In this document: in pieces, positions 37,280 to 48,999 of the stretch | Layout of the letters: every line of letters begins with the position of its first letter | How positions within the stretch are numbered: the first letter of the stretch is position 1 | Assembly (NCBI GenBank): GCA_002269645.1 | Contig: NIVC01000382.1 | Coordinates: 186,001-250,000, forward strand | Origin: Macrostomum lignano | Taxonomy: Eukaryota | Direction of reading: 5' to 3' | DNA length: 64,000 nucleotides | The notes under the pieces: model-generated | What the model was told of the DNA's origin: nothing | Database searches by the model: none | The model's input: only the letters and a program-made list of their open reading frames with translations | Program-made: the position numbers and the translations under genes

Positions 37280-39855
37280 TTTTATTAAAGGTTTGGTTCT
37301 TTGAGTTTGGCTAATAAATAGGGGTCTAAGACCGTCAGGGACGCAGCGTGGCCTTGACGCCTGGATGGGCGATGTCCTGCAGTGCTACTAGAATCTGACG
37401 GCGCATTTGCTCTGGTATGGGTTTGGTTGCGAAGTTTCGCAGGACATAGGACAATCTGATAACCCGACTTCGAATGGGCAGTAACGGTCACCGCTCGTGA
37501 GCCCCGCTTCTCGCTGTGCCTTGGCGAGCGCAGGGAAATCTGCGGGTAACGGCAATATTTGCAATCTTCCAATTGAACAGTGTTCACTGTGTGCTCACCA
37601 GGCTTGATAGTGTCTCGAGATAAGGTATCGGCGACCACGGTCTTGGCTTCCGGGATGTGAATGATGTCGATCACATATTCTTAGATGGTGGCCAACTGGC
37701 GCAGCTGACGATCGGATAGGCGCTCCTTGTTGGTGTTGAAAGCACCGACTAACGGCTTGTGGTCGCTAAAAACGGTCGTGGAGTGGTCGTGAATGATGTG
37801 TCGCCAGTTCTTGACAGCGGCGAACACGCCTAGAAGTTCATGATCAAACGCGCTGTATGCCGTTTTCGCTTTGGTAAGTTTCCGTGAATAGAACACAATG
37901 GGGACCGAATCGCCATCTTCATTCTAGTGCAAACAGGCGCCCAAGGCGAACGAGCTTGCGTCCTACGTGATGGTGAATGTGCCAGTTTGGGTCGGGAAGG
38001 CGAGTTACCATTGCTGCTAGGCTATCCTGAAGCTCTCGGAAAGCGGCATCATGTTCGGCTTACCAATGATATCGATTTCGGTGAGGATCGCAGCGGTTGC
38101 ACAATGCTTGCGTGTTTCGGAATGTGGTGCTGGTAGAAACTGAACATGCTGAGGACGCGCTGAAGGCTCTTGAAGTCTGCCGGAGGTGATGCCGGTGCCG
38201 GAGGTCGGATGGTAGTGGCTGGATTCCGTCTTTAGAGACTAAATGACCAATGATCCGAGGCTAATCTGAAAGAACTGGCATTTTGCGGGTTGAACTCGGG
38301 GACCCTCTTTGTGTAGGCATTGCAGAACGATCTGAATGTCGTTGTGATGGTCTACCCCTGACTTGCTGTGAATCAGTATATCGCCAACGTATGTGATGAC
38401 ATAGGTCAGGTCTCGGAACATCGAATCGATAAAGCATTGAAATATGTTGTCGGCGTTGCGAAACCCGAATGGCACCCGGACGTACTCAAAAGAACCGAAT
38501 ATCGTGCGGATTGCTGTTTTGGAAATGTCATCCTTGGTGACTGGTATGAAATAATAGGCCTTGTGCAAGTCTAACTTGCTAAAAACGTTGGTGCCACGAA
38601 GTTGGTGGTGAAAATCCCGGAAGTGCGGTAGTGGGTATCTGTCCGGCACCGTCGCGCTGTTCATAGCGCGGTAGTCCCCCCAGGGTCTCCACAATCCGTC
38701 GGCTTTCTTCACCATATAGAGTGGTGACGCCCAAGGGCTGCAGGACGGGCGGACGATGCCCATCGATGCAGCTTGTCAAATTCTGACTTGGCCATCTCGT
38801 ACCACCATAAACCGAAAAATCCGATCCGAGAATGGGGACTGTGTCTGCGACGATGAATTTGAAAGGGTAAATTTGTAAACCCTTTACCGAAAACAAAGCG
38901 TTGCATTTCCCGTGGGTTCGGACGTTGTGCCCGCTGACCCCGCGAAGCTGAACGTTACAGGGGGTGACGAGGTTGAACGGAACGAAACATGGAGGCAGTA
39001 AGGACTTTTCCGCACAGGAATCAACGAGGAATGAAACAGGAACTGAGTATTTGAGTGGAAACGATAGGTGGCCCGGCCGCTGCACATGATACTCGTTTGT
39101 GATCAGCGAGGCCGTGGGAGACACTTGGCGGGTGTCAACTGACCTTGGCGGAGCGATTTCGATGGCTTTTGACCCGGCCACTTGATCCAGGAACGGCAAG
39201 TTCGAGCCCTGCCTGCATAGATGTGCGAATTGCAAACGAGTGGTCGCTGCCATCTGCGAGGCTGGGCGTCGTGAGCCGGAGGGTCGGGTCACCGGGAGAA
39301 ATGCCGGGCCGGTTGCTGCTCTGCATTAGCAGCAGTGAAAAACTGATTGATCTCGGTGAATGGTGAGAGTCAGCCGGCCATTGCCCGCATGCTGTCCGCG
39401 ATCTTGGCAAAATTATCCAGCGGGCTATGCTGTGCTCATGTCCGACGAGTGCGGAGCGAATGTGGGACGGCAACGCAAAGATGAGGCGTGACTTGACAAT
39501 GACGTCGTTTACCTCAGGCCGACCTAGGTAAATTGAAGTTTTATCTCGTTGACAAGTTGGCTTGGGATCCAAAAACCAAGTTCCACGGCGGAAATGGCTT
39601 CCTCGATTAGCTGATGCCGATTAGCGCACAGGCTATCACCCACTGCCTTTAATGCGTCGTAGTCGTTGCCGTCGAGGTTGAGTTCGCACGTGATGTCCAC
39701 TGGGAGGGCTGCTAAAGCATAATAGTACTTGATGGAGCTGCTGGTGATGTTGGCGAGCGCGAATCGTGACTCCAGCTGCTTAAACCAGATCTCCGGTGAC
39801 TTCCTGTAAAAAGCAGGGGTCGAACTGCGACGCGTTTGAGCTCGTTGTGCTGAGT
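37280..39855 (-). mobile_element. Ty3/Gypsy retrotransposon (CsRn1-like), degenerate, truncated in integrase, no LTRs seen
   Basis: Gag PAFYRKSPEIWFKQLESRF; protease FLVDSCAE; RT PWASPLYMVKK...FSKLDL...YVGD (YxDD lost); RNase H YSAFDHELLGVF and FSDHKPL; VVADTLSR. Confidence 0.9.
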
Positions 39856-40045
39856 TTGAAGCTCTTCTCGTCAAGTTTCCGTCGTTTTTTTGGTATGTGA
39901 GCGTATACTGTATAACCAAAAACTCGAAAGGACGTTACATTTGACTTCGTTTCGTACCACATTTCAAACGGAGTTATCAGTTCCTTAAGCGGATGTCACA
40001 ACTGAATTTTGAACATATGCCGCTGTGTTGATAGCTTCAGCCTAA
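39856..40045 (-). mobile_element. Ty1/Copia integrase C-terminal fragment
   Basis: AEAINTAAYVQN...ITPFEMWYETKSNVTSFRVFGYTVYAHIPKKRRKLDEKS matches the Copia post-integrase-core SH3-like signature (TPxExWxGxKP..LRVFGCxAYxHIP). Confidence 0.8.
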
Positions 40046-40619
40046 TACGTACGAGTAGTACAAAAACGGTACAGTCTGGCGCACGTCCAATCAGCGAGGG
40101 GGGCAAATCAATGATGAGGAGGCCCCGGAGGCGGGGCGGGGCAGGCCGGAGGTGGGGCAGGACAGAGGCGGGGGCAGACCGAGGGAAGGGCAAGCCTAGG
40201 GGTCGATCAGCCATGGTAGGGTCAAGCAGGCCCAGAGGTGGGGAGCAGGCCAGATGAGAGGTCGAGCAGCTGAGTGTCCGGTGAGTGTCCAAGGGTGAGT
40301 TTGAGTGAGTGTCCATTGGTGAGTATCCTCTATCCACGTGTGGTGACACGCAAGACAGAGTTTCAATGTGATCAGTCTGTAGGGGTCCGATTGCTTGGAA
40401 TTTCCGAGTAGAGGTATATAGTGGGGGAAAGGCTTCTATTGGTCAAGAAAGCATTTAGAAGGGTGCTGATTTTCTCGGAATTTACGAGTATTATGGGGAT
40501 GGGATTGTATTGGTCGAGAGGTCCCTGGTGCTCCGTGCAGAATTTGGATCCAGGACCCTTTATAAACTAAGCACCCGGATACATTGCACCCATCGATTTT
40601 TTAGATAAAATACAACATA

Positions 40620-43600
40620 AAAATGCCAATAACTTGCGAATTCTGCGAGTCATCAGTAGTCGGAGGCATTGAGGAGCTCTGTGCGTTGTGACCCGCAATA
40701 CCAGCACTATTTGAGTCAGACGAAGAGGCCTCTCCAAGGATACATTTCCAATTGATCAAGGAGGCGTTTAGTGGCAGGTCTCGACTTTACAGGGCCAGTG
40801 CATGCGGATTGCGGAGACCCGAGGAATGTCTTGGAAAACACTCGCCAAGCTTTCATTGACTTGATCGCTCAGCATCAGCATGAGCCAGGAACCGCCATCA
40901 AGGTTCAGCTGCGCCTCGGTGTCCTGATGCAGCGTATCATTAATGGTAGCTGCGCCACCGAGAACACCGCCTGGTTTGCTGCCAAGGCCCACTCTCTTAT
41001 GCGGAGCGAGGAGGAGCACTATTTCTCTAGCGACATGCAGACTATCCTCAGTCGAATATAGAAGTACTTACGCAATGGCAGTGGCTGGGTAATCAGGACC
41101 ACTCGGGTGTTGATGTGTCGACCGCTATTTATTATCTACCGCAGGGAGCAGTAAAGTTTTAATTGCCAGCCTAGTTAAAGGCAAAAAAGCAGTAATTAAT
41201 TCCTACTCAAACGGGGCAGATTGCCTTAAGTATGCGTTTTGGTGTCTCTCCACATTGAAGATGGCATTTAAAAAATCCTGATCGTCAAATCGGCCTATCA
41301 GGAACCGCTAATGCTTTTGCACAGGGTTGCCGGCGAAGATGGCGATGCCTGCATGATTCGATTTCTTGATGCTCTCGAAGGTGTTGCAGTAAAGGCCTAT
41401 CACTGGAATAAGCGCTGCAGCCATCAGCAGGCCCTCCGACCTCCTGAGGAGGAAGAAAGGTTCCGAAGTGCTACACGGTGCTGCTTGTGCGAACAGTCAG
41501 TCAATGATTCTCGGCACCTCTCCATGACCATCTGAACGGCAAGCTATTCGGCGCATCCTGCCCCGAGTGTAACGAAGCGGCCGTTCTCATGCGGGACCCG
41601 CTGCCAGTCTCCTTCCACAATCTTCGCGGCTACGACATGCATTTGCTATGCAACACAGCGATTGGTCGCAAGAAGAACTGGGAGCTGTGTCATCGCCTAG
41701 ATCAAGGAGCGGTACATGACACTAGTGGCCCGCATCATGGTGGAGGAGGCTTTCGATGCTGGAGCAGACAATTGGGTACGCAAGTTAATGCGATTGCGCT
41801 TTCTCGACTCGTATCAGTTCACGGCAGGTAGCCTGGCTCAGCTGTTGAAGAACCTCGAGCGGGATTGCTGCACCCATACGCTGGCTATGCAGCAGCGCTA
41901 CCCATGAGTCTCTGAGGACATTCTCTTGCAAAAGGGTGTCTTTCCTTACTCCTATACAACCAGTGTGGAGAGGCTGCGCGATACTCAGCCGCCCCCACAA
42001 GAGGCATTCAGAAATGTTCTCACGGGAGAGGCTTACTCCAACAAGGATTACGCCACTGCTCACAGGGCCTGGAGGGAGTTCGAGTGTGAGTCCATGCGGG
42101 ACTACATGCTCGCGTATCTCGAGATGGATATTCGCCAACTCGCAGATGTCTTCGAGGCCTTTAGACACACGAGTCTAACTTTGGATGGTCTCTACCCGGT
42201 GCATTACATTACCACGCCTGGCATGTCGTTCGATGCGGCACTGAAGTTTTTCCATCTCGAGTTGGAACTCCTTTAGGACCCGGAAATGTACCACATGTTT
42301 GAAGATGGTACTCGTGGTGGCATGACTTTTGTCAACTCACACATTTCGACGGCCAACCATGCTGGTCTTGTTGACGGATTTGACCCAGAACGACCTCAGT
42401 GTCACCTTATCCCAGTCGACGCAAACAATCTTTACGGTCATGCTTTGTCCACGAAGCTGCCGCGGCATGACTTCATATTCGTAGCTTTTGACTCTGCTGA
42501 GCAGGTGGAACACTGACTTTTAGAAGAGTTCGATCCGGAAGGTGATCTTGGATACATCCTTACGGTAGATTTGATATCGATCGATCCAAAGGAGATTCAT
42601 GATCAGACGGCTGACCTCCCATTTGCTCCCGAGAAGGAGTCGCTTACCTCGGATGCCCGATTACCAGCAGCAGCTGTGGGGTGTCCTGATCGACCGGTGT
42701 GGGCAGGTGGGTCAAGAGTATAGGTCGAACAGTCTAAAGCTCTTGCTGACGTGCCATGACAAGGTGGAATACACAGCCCATGCAAAAATTCTAGTTTTAT
42801 CTGCGCCAAGACATGTGGCTGAACAAGGTCCACAAAGTCTTGAGCTTCCAGCAGGGGCACATCTTTGAGCCATATATTCCTCGGAACAGGAAGCGTCGTG
42901 TAAAGGCCAAGAATGAGTTCAAGAAGGACTACAACAAGCTGCTAAACAACTCCCTGTTTGGAAAGACCATGGAGAATGTTCGCAAGCGAGTGGACTACCG
43001 CCTGGTTAATTCAACAGGGAAATTGGAAAAGCTTGTGGCCAAGCCGACGTTCCGTGAGCAGGTAACTTTCAGCGAGGATCTAGTTCTAGTGCACATGCTT
43101 GTGCACAAGGTTGTGCTCAACAAGCCAGTGTATATCGGCCAGTGAGTTCTGGACAATAGCAAGCTCCTCATGTATGAGCTGTGGCACCGGCACCTGAAGC
43201 CTCTGGTGCAACAGAAGCCCGATGCAATGCTGCGACTGCTCGGTGGTGACACGGATTCGTTTTTTCTTCACCTCGAGAATCCAGATGCAGATGGCTGGTT
43301 TCTGCCAGAGCTGTGCGGCAAGGGTCTGCTCCTGCTGGATACGTCCAATTAGCCGAAGGACCACCCTCTGTTCTCCAACGAGCGCAAGGCCAACTGGGGT
43401 GTGTCAAGAATGAGAGTGACGGCGTGGCCAACTGCCAGGAGTCGATTTTGCTGCGTCCGAAGCTGTACTCCTTTGCATCCTCAGCTGCTGGTAAGGACAA
43501 GCGACAAGCCAAGGGCGTTCAGCGGGCTGTGGTCAAAAACGACATCTCCCATAGGGAGGACCACAGGGAGACTTTTGACATGCTTGTGGAGAAGAGGTGG

Positions 43601-43680
43601 CTGACCAGGCGCATCGCCCACTGGCGCTGCCCTTATGGAAGCATTAAGCACCCTATACTGTCTGGCTAATTTATTCATGT
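40620..43680 (+). pseudogene. polB: Polinton-type protein-primed DNA polymerase B, heavily frameshifted
   Basis: Endonuclease-VII-like HDHLNGK..CPECN; PVSFHNLRGYDMH; LRFLDSYQF; QKGVFPYSY; DANNLYG; KLLNNSLFGKTMENVRKR; GGDTDSFF; LRPKLYS; KAKGV-like QAKGVQ. Confidence 0.92.
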
Positions 43681-43689
43681 GCACTCTAT

Positions 43690-45025
43690 ATAATTCATAT
43701 CATGCATGTTCTCAAAAAAATTAGCCTGAAAGATTCCGCAATAATGCCAATCTGATACAAGCGTGCAATTGCCTCTTCAATTAATTACATTGGACAGACG
43801 CCATTGACTAAGAAGTAACCAAGGGGAAGCTTCCAGTTGCTTTTGAGTCCAACGGCTATAATTACAAGCGAAGAGGTGGCCTTTTCTTCAGTCACTGCTC
43901 CGTCGCCCTTGCCCACGTAGCCAAAGAACTTGCTTTCACAGGAATCCCATTCGATCAGCTTCTAAAGCGACATTTCATCTGCCACCACATTACAGTAGGC
44001 AAATGCTTCTGCACCAGGCGAGTTGCGTCGTCTTAAAAGCTCTTGGAAAGATAATTCGCAAAATCCGGGGAGACATTTGACATTTAATGTCCATCGGCGA
44101 AGTGTAGCAGGATGAGAAAGTTGAAAGTATTTACGGACATACTGGTACGCCTTTGCACTGTAAAGGTGCAATGTCGAGGCAAACCTCAGGAGAGAATTTC
44201 TTTGAGCGCGAATTCTTCTGGGACACCAAACTGTTAAGAAGAGAGTTGGATGCCAGAAAGTTCAGTCGCGAAGCCTCAGCTGCAGAAAGGATATTCTGTC
44301 CCTTTAGCGACGTGATCAGCTGAAGCAGTGATTTCGCCTTACTTTTTAAGCGCGAATTATTGGACCGCAGACGGCGAATTCTTCTACATTTTCTCTCCAG
44401 TTGCTCACGCGCAGGTTGCAAAGAACGGGTCATTACTTTAAAATCGTCACTTGCCTGTGTAAGCCTCCTGTACCGGCACCGGAGATTTTTCAAAGCCTTC
44501 ACTTTCTTGTTAAGTAGCTCCTTACTGACACAGTTTTGGTAGCAGTCATCAGCGGGTGCGGCCTCAGATTGAGGCTGATCCGAGGTTGCACTTTCCTCTT
44601 CAGCCAGCTGTCAGGGCGCGTTTTTCTCGGCATCTTTGATGAAGTTTGAGAAGTCGATTTGGCCAGCAGCAGCCGAAGTCATTGTCTTTCTCGTCTTCGC
44701 AGGAGTGCTACTCAAATTACTCGGGAAAATGGGAAAAATGGAGGGCACTGCTTTCGGATAGAGTCGCTTCCGTTCCAATGGCCGAAATCCTTCTACAGGT
44801 TGCACAAAACACTGGAGTAAAGTGCTCAGAGGATTTGAAATCTTTGCGGTTGAGAGCAGCTATCCATTTTTTCTTAACATCATTGTCCTTCGGGAAGGAG
44901 TGAAATGAGATTGCTGACGAACTTGAGGCCCTGTTGCTACAACCAAATGCTGTGCAGAAGTGACAGTTTCCTGGCTTATTAGCTTGCTGCATGGTAGGCT
45001 GATTGAATAATTTTTCGCTACACAT
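43690..45025 (-). pseudogene. THAP/P-element transposase 5' fragment
   Basis: THAP (CTAFGCSN...FHSFP...W...KAVPSIF); HLYSAKAYQYVR...HPATLRRW; VVADEMSL; WKLPLGYF. Truncated next to the pPolB remnant. Confidence 0.85.
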
Positions 45026-45056
45026 TCATCAGCTTTCTTAATTCATCAACCATATA

Positions 45057-46515
45057 CGAGGGGCATACTGAAAGTTTTGAGATACATCGAAACCACAAAT
45101 ATCTGAAGCAAAATTTCTGTCAAAATTTTTCGAAGTAGTTGCCGCCAGCTTGTACGCATTTCCTCATCCGGTGAAACCACTGCGTCCAGGCTCCAGCCCA
45201 CTGTTCTTCTGGCACTGCTGACACCACCCGCTCGAAGTCGAATCTTGCTGCTTCAGGGCTCTTAAACCGAGTCCTACGCAGTTGTTTCTTCACTAAGGGA
45301 AGAGAAAGAAGTCGCAGGGTGCCAGGTCAGGGGAATAAGCGGGATGCGTCACCAACTGGACTCCATTCTCGGCCAGAAATGCCAATGTTGCAGCAGCCAT
45401 GTGCGCACTGGCATTGTCGTGGTGCAGCAGCAGGCCACGAAATCCGGTGTACGCGGCCGGCGTCTGCGCCACGCATCGAACACAAGCAGCAGGCACTGGT
45501 TGATATACCAGTCGGCATTTTTTTATTAGAGGCAGGGGGGGTTGTGTGCACCCTGGCGCACTTTAAGCGACATAGGCACACAACCGGCGAGAGGCATTGC
45601 TGCCCATTCCGCCGACTCCCCTGAGCAGGCATACAAGCGCGCGGATACGTACGCAGGCACACACTCACACAGGAGTGTACAGCGGCCCTAACTTTATTTT
45701 ATCGTTAGGCATGTACACTTCACTGCGCCTTGGGGGGTTGGCTCTCAAGGCCGTTAATTGCACGAGCAGAGCCAAGCCGAGATTCCAATTCAGCCCCAAA
45801 TTAATGTGACTGCACTTGGAATCGAGCCTGGGTCGCTGGCACACCAGAGCAGCTGCGCTACCGCTGGGCTACGGCCCCCTTACCAGTCGGCATTGACTGT
45901 CCGTCTGTTTTGGAGCGCTACAGTTGCCAAGTGGCCAGCCTGGCTGAAGAAAGTCGCCACCATCCGCTTCCCGACGCTGCGGGCCCGTTTGACTTTCGTT
46001 GGGTGGCATCGTCCGGGAGGAGCCAAACTGCCGACTGCTGCTTGGTTTCCGGGTCGTACTGGTAGACCCAGGTCTCATCACCTGTCTTATCTTATCTCCT
46101 GTCTAATCTCCCAGCATCGCTTTAAGGTCCCAGAATTGAATCTTTCGAGCATAAACTCGCACCAACGCACCCTCTCCGCTTTCTGGTCTTCCGTCAGGTT
46201 GTGGGGCACCCAGCGGGCACACCGCTTGGAGGCTCCCAGCTTGTCATGCAGGATGGTCGTAACCGCTGCCGATCCAATGCCGAGAGCCTCTCTGATCTCT
46301 GCACAGGTCACTCGCCGGTCCTCGTCAATCATTCTTCGGACAGCAGCGATGTTTTCGTCCGTGACTGCGGAAGCTGGACGTCCCGTCCGAGGCTCGTCAT
46401 CAAGGCTGCTTCGGCCCCACTTACATTCGCTATACCACCGAAAAACTGTGGCACGTGAAGGGGCTTGGTCTCCAAAAGCAGCACGTAAACTTTCAACGGA
46501 TCGAAAAACTTTCAA
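45057..46515 (-). mobile_element. mariner (DD34D-type) transposon, 5'-truncated and split by a SINE
   Basis: WVPHNLT, DETWVY, HHDNASAH and YSPDLAPCDFFLFP motifs; terminus TA|CGAGGGGCATACTGAAAGT at 45055. Confidence 0.9.
45520..45880 (-). mobile_element. tRNA-derived SINE of 361 bp with a 14-bp TSD
   Basis: TSD TACCAGTCGGCATT at 45506-45519 and 45881-45894. Head GGGGCCGTAGCCCAGCGGTAG (A-box) and GGCTCGATTCC (B-box); 3' end AATAAAAAAA. Confidence 0.9.
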
Positions 46516-46797
46516 CGGGCTGGATCGAAAAAATTAAAAAAGTTGTCGCTATCAAATTCTTCTTCCATCGCGGTGTGGTTCAAGAGAAAGCTACGAAAGA
46601 AAGTAATTCGGATTTCGTCTAGCTAGTACTGTCTTAAATTTATGGAAAATTTGTCTATGGTTCCAATGTGGGGGCTTTGCCCCCACACCCCCAGTCGGGG
46701 CTTTGCTTCGACACCCCAGTCGGGGCTTTGCCGACTGGCTGCACCGCATTCGGCCCGGCTCAAGAGAAAGCTACAAAAATAAGCAATTCGGATTTCA

Positions 46798-46950
46798 TAT
46801 ATGAACACGGTAGTTTAATGCGCATTCTATGGTAGAAAGGCCTCGGCCACACTTAATGGTCCTCGGCTCGCTTCGCTCGCCTCGAGACCATCAAATGCAG
46901 CCTCGGACTTTCTAACCCTAGAATGCGCATTAAACATCCATGATTATATA
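46798..46950. repeat. Imperfect hairpin (foldback) element
   Basis: GTTTAATGCGCATTCTA near 46813 pairs with TAGAATGCGCATTAAAC near 46920. Inner TAGAAAG/CTTTCTA pair; centre CTCGGCTCGCTTCGCTCGCCTCG. Confidence 0.75.
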
Positions 46951-47589
46951 CTTGACAAGAGCGCAAACACTGAACATTTATATCCAATCATCTTAACATT
47001 TTCAAATCCGATTGTCAGCGTGGCTGACCATGCATCACTTTAGCTAAAATCCAACTCTTTATGGCCATAGACTCAACTTTTGTCTTCATTTAACAGCATA
47101 TCGCGAAAACCCATATGGTCAGCTTGGCTGACCATGGCTGTAAGTAGTCTATATCAAGTATAATAACGAGAAAACATGCATTCAAGCATGTCAAAAACTC
47201 AAAAATATCGTCAAAAATATCAAAAACATGAAAATTTATTTCACAAAAAACATGAGTTACTAAAATTACTTTTCTCACTCTGCTAAAAGGGTGAAAGTGC
47301 ATAGCTCGAAGCTGTCTGCTCAATCGCACCTTAATATTAGGGTGCTAAACTAGTAAATAACGTTCTGTTTTCGACTTTTTGAAACTTTTTCAAGTTCTTA
47401 GTGGTTAAAACTTTGAAATGGTCTCAATGTTTTGAATTTCTAGCTTCCAGATGTAGCATTGCTTTGAGTTCTTGTTTAATAAATTTTCCAAAAGATCCAG
47501 TATATTTAGCTTTACTTCTGTTGCTATTACACTACCTAACTTTTATGCATTGTGAGGCAAGACAATAACAGGTAGTCAGCAGGAGTAAA

Positions 47590-48921
47590 ACGAACAAGTC
47601 TCCTCTCAGCCTACGAGTGCCAGGCTCGAAAGCAGTCAGAGATGCACAAGCCGGGCTGACCCGGTCACTGCTGACAGACGAAGACGATAGGTTTGGTGAT
47701 GCCATTGCGATAGCAGACTCTGCAGCGACGTGCAGGTCGCTGGTTACCAGGTGTGGCAGGCAGCTTACTGGGCAAGTGAACAGCATCGGCAACAGGACGC
47801 GATGGGTGGACGCACCGTCTTTTTCCAGGCCCTGAGCTGTCTATCAGGGCAACGATCAGTTGTTCCATGAACTTCAGAAAAGTCAGTGTGCCGCCGGGTG
47901 CCGGAACAAAATCCAGGCATTGTGCGACAGCTGCAACAGGAAATGAATTCCGAGCTTCTGGTGCCAGCGGTACATCTTTCTGCTTGGGTGGTAGGGCTGC
48001 AGCGCAGAGTCAAGACGATCGACACCACCCATGAACTTTAAGTAGTCCGTCACAGTTACCGGTTTTCGAACAACCTCCATTTGTCCACCTCGTCTGTACC
48101 GTTGTCGCGCAGTGCTCTGGGCCGTACCGAAGGTGTCAAGCATGTAGACTGTCTTAATACCGCTTGCTTTTCTGTCTGTCAGCTTTACTGCCAAAACACC
48201 GCTTCGCATGTAGCAGTGGGATGGAGGCACTGCTGACATCTGCCGGAGCTCGACTGGAATGCCGCGGTCACAGCGAACGGTGCCTGTTAGTAAGGTATTG
48301 TGAGCTAGTAGAAACTCAGCCAGTCGTCGGGAGGAGAAATAACTGTCAACAAACACCCTGTAGTCAAGATTTAGCAGGTCCTTCGACAGCTCCACCCCTA
48401 TTCGCTCGCTGATGGACAGGTTGCAGTCGACGAATTCGCTGCCAAACTTGCTGTTTTCCTCAGCTGTCGAATGAACGAGGACGTTCCATAAGTAACCGGT
48501 CTTGGAGTCACAAAGACAATAGGTCTTAATTCCATTTCTAGCCCGCTTGCTGGGAATATACTGTTTGAACGCTAGTCGTCCTTTGTGCCGAACAAGCTCC
48601 TCGTACAGCGATGTCCCTGTCAGGCTGAAAATTCTGCTGACAAACTTCCTTTACTGAGTTCAAGAACGGGCGGATTTTGCGAAGCGGATCCTCATTGTCA
48701 CCAACGCGACAGTCGTAGAACCTCAGAAAAGATAAGATTTGCTGGAACCGGTTTCGAGACAGGCAGTTTTTACTCAGAACAACTGGTTGTCATAAAACTT
48801 TCCAGTGGCCCAGTAGTTTTTGATCTCTGGCTTGCGCACGATTCCCATGTAAAATATTATTGCGATGGTCTTTCTTATCTCATCATCTGTGTTGTACGGG
48901 TCGTGGGGGAGGGAAGTTGTC
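47590..48921 (-). mobile_element. piggyBac transposase pseudogene, 5' part cut off by the Polinton insertion
   Basis: EIRKTIAIIFYMGIVRKPEIKNYW; FKQYIPSKRARNGIK; VFVDSYFSS; GTVR; MGGVDRLD; C-terminal Cys-rich RRCRVC...C. Confidence 0.92.
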
Positions 48922-48999
48922 AGTAGTAGGGCGAATTATGATACTGCCGCACTAGCACTGGCGAGATAGGCGGCAATGCAAATGTATAGGGAAAAATAC

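Noticed and set aside
45800-45880. Genuine tRNA gene
   Set aside because: It is the head of a TSD-flanked SINE with poor cloverleaf pairing. The B-box-only matches near 1705, 4545, 33585 and 34695 were also not called as tRNAs.
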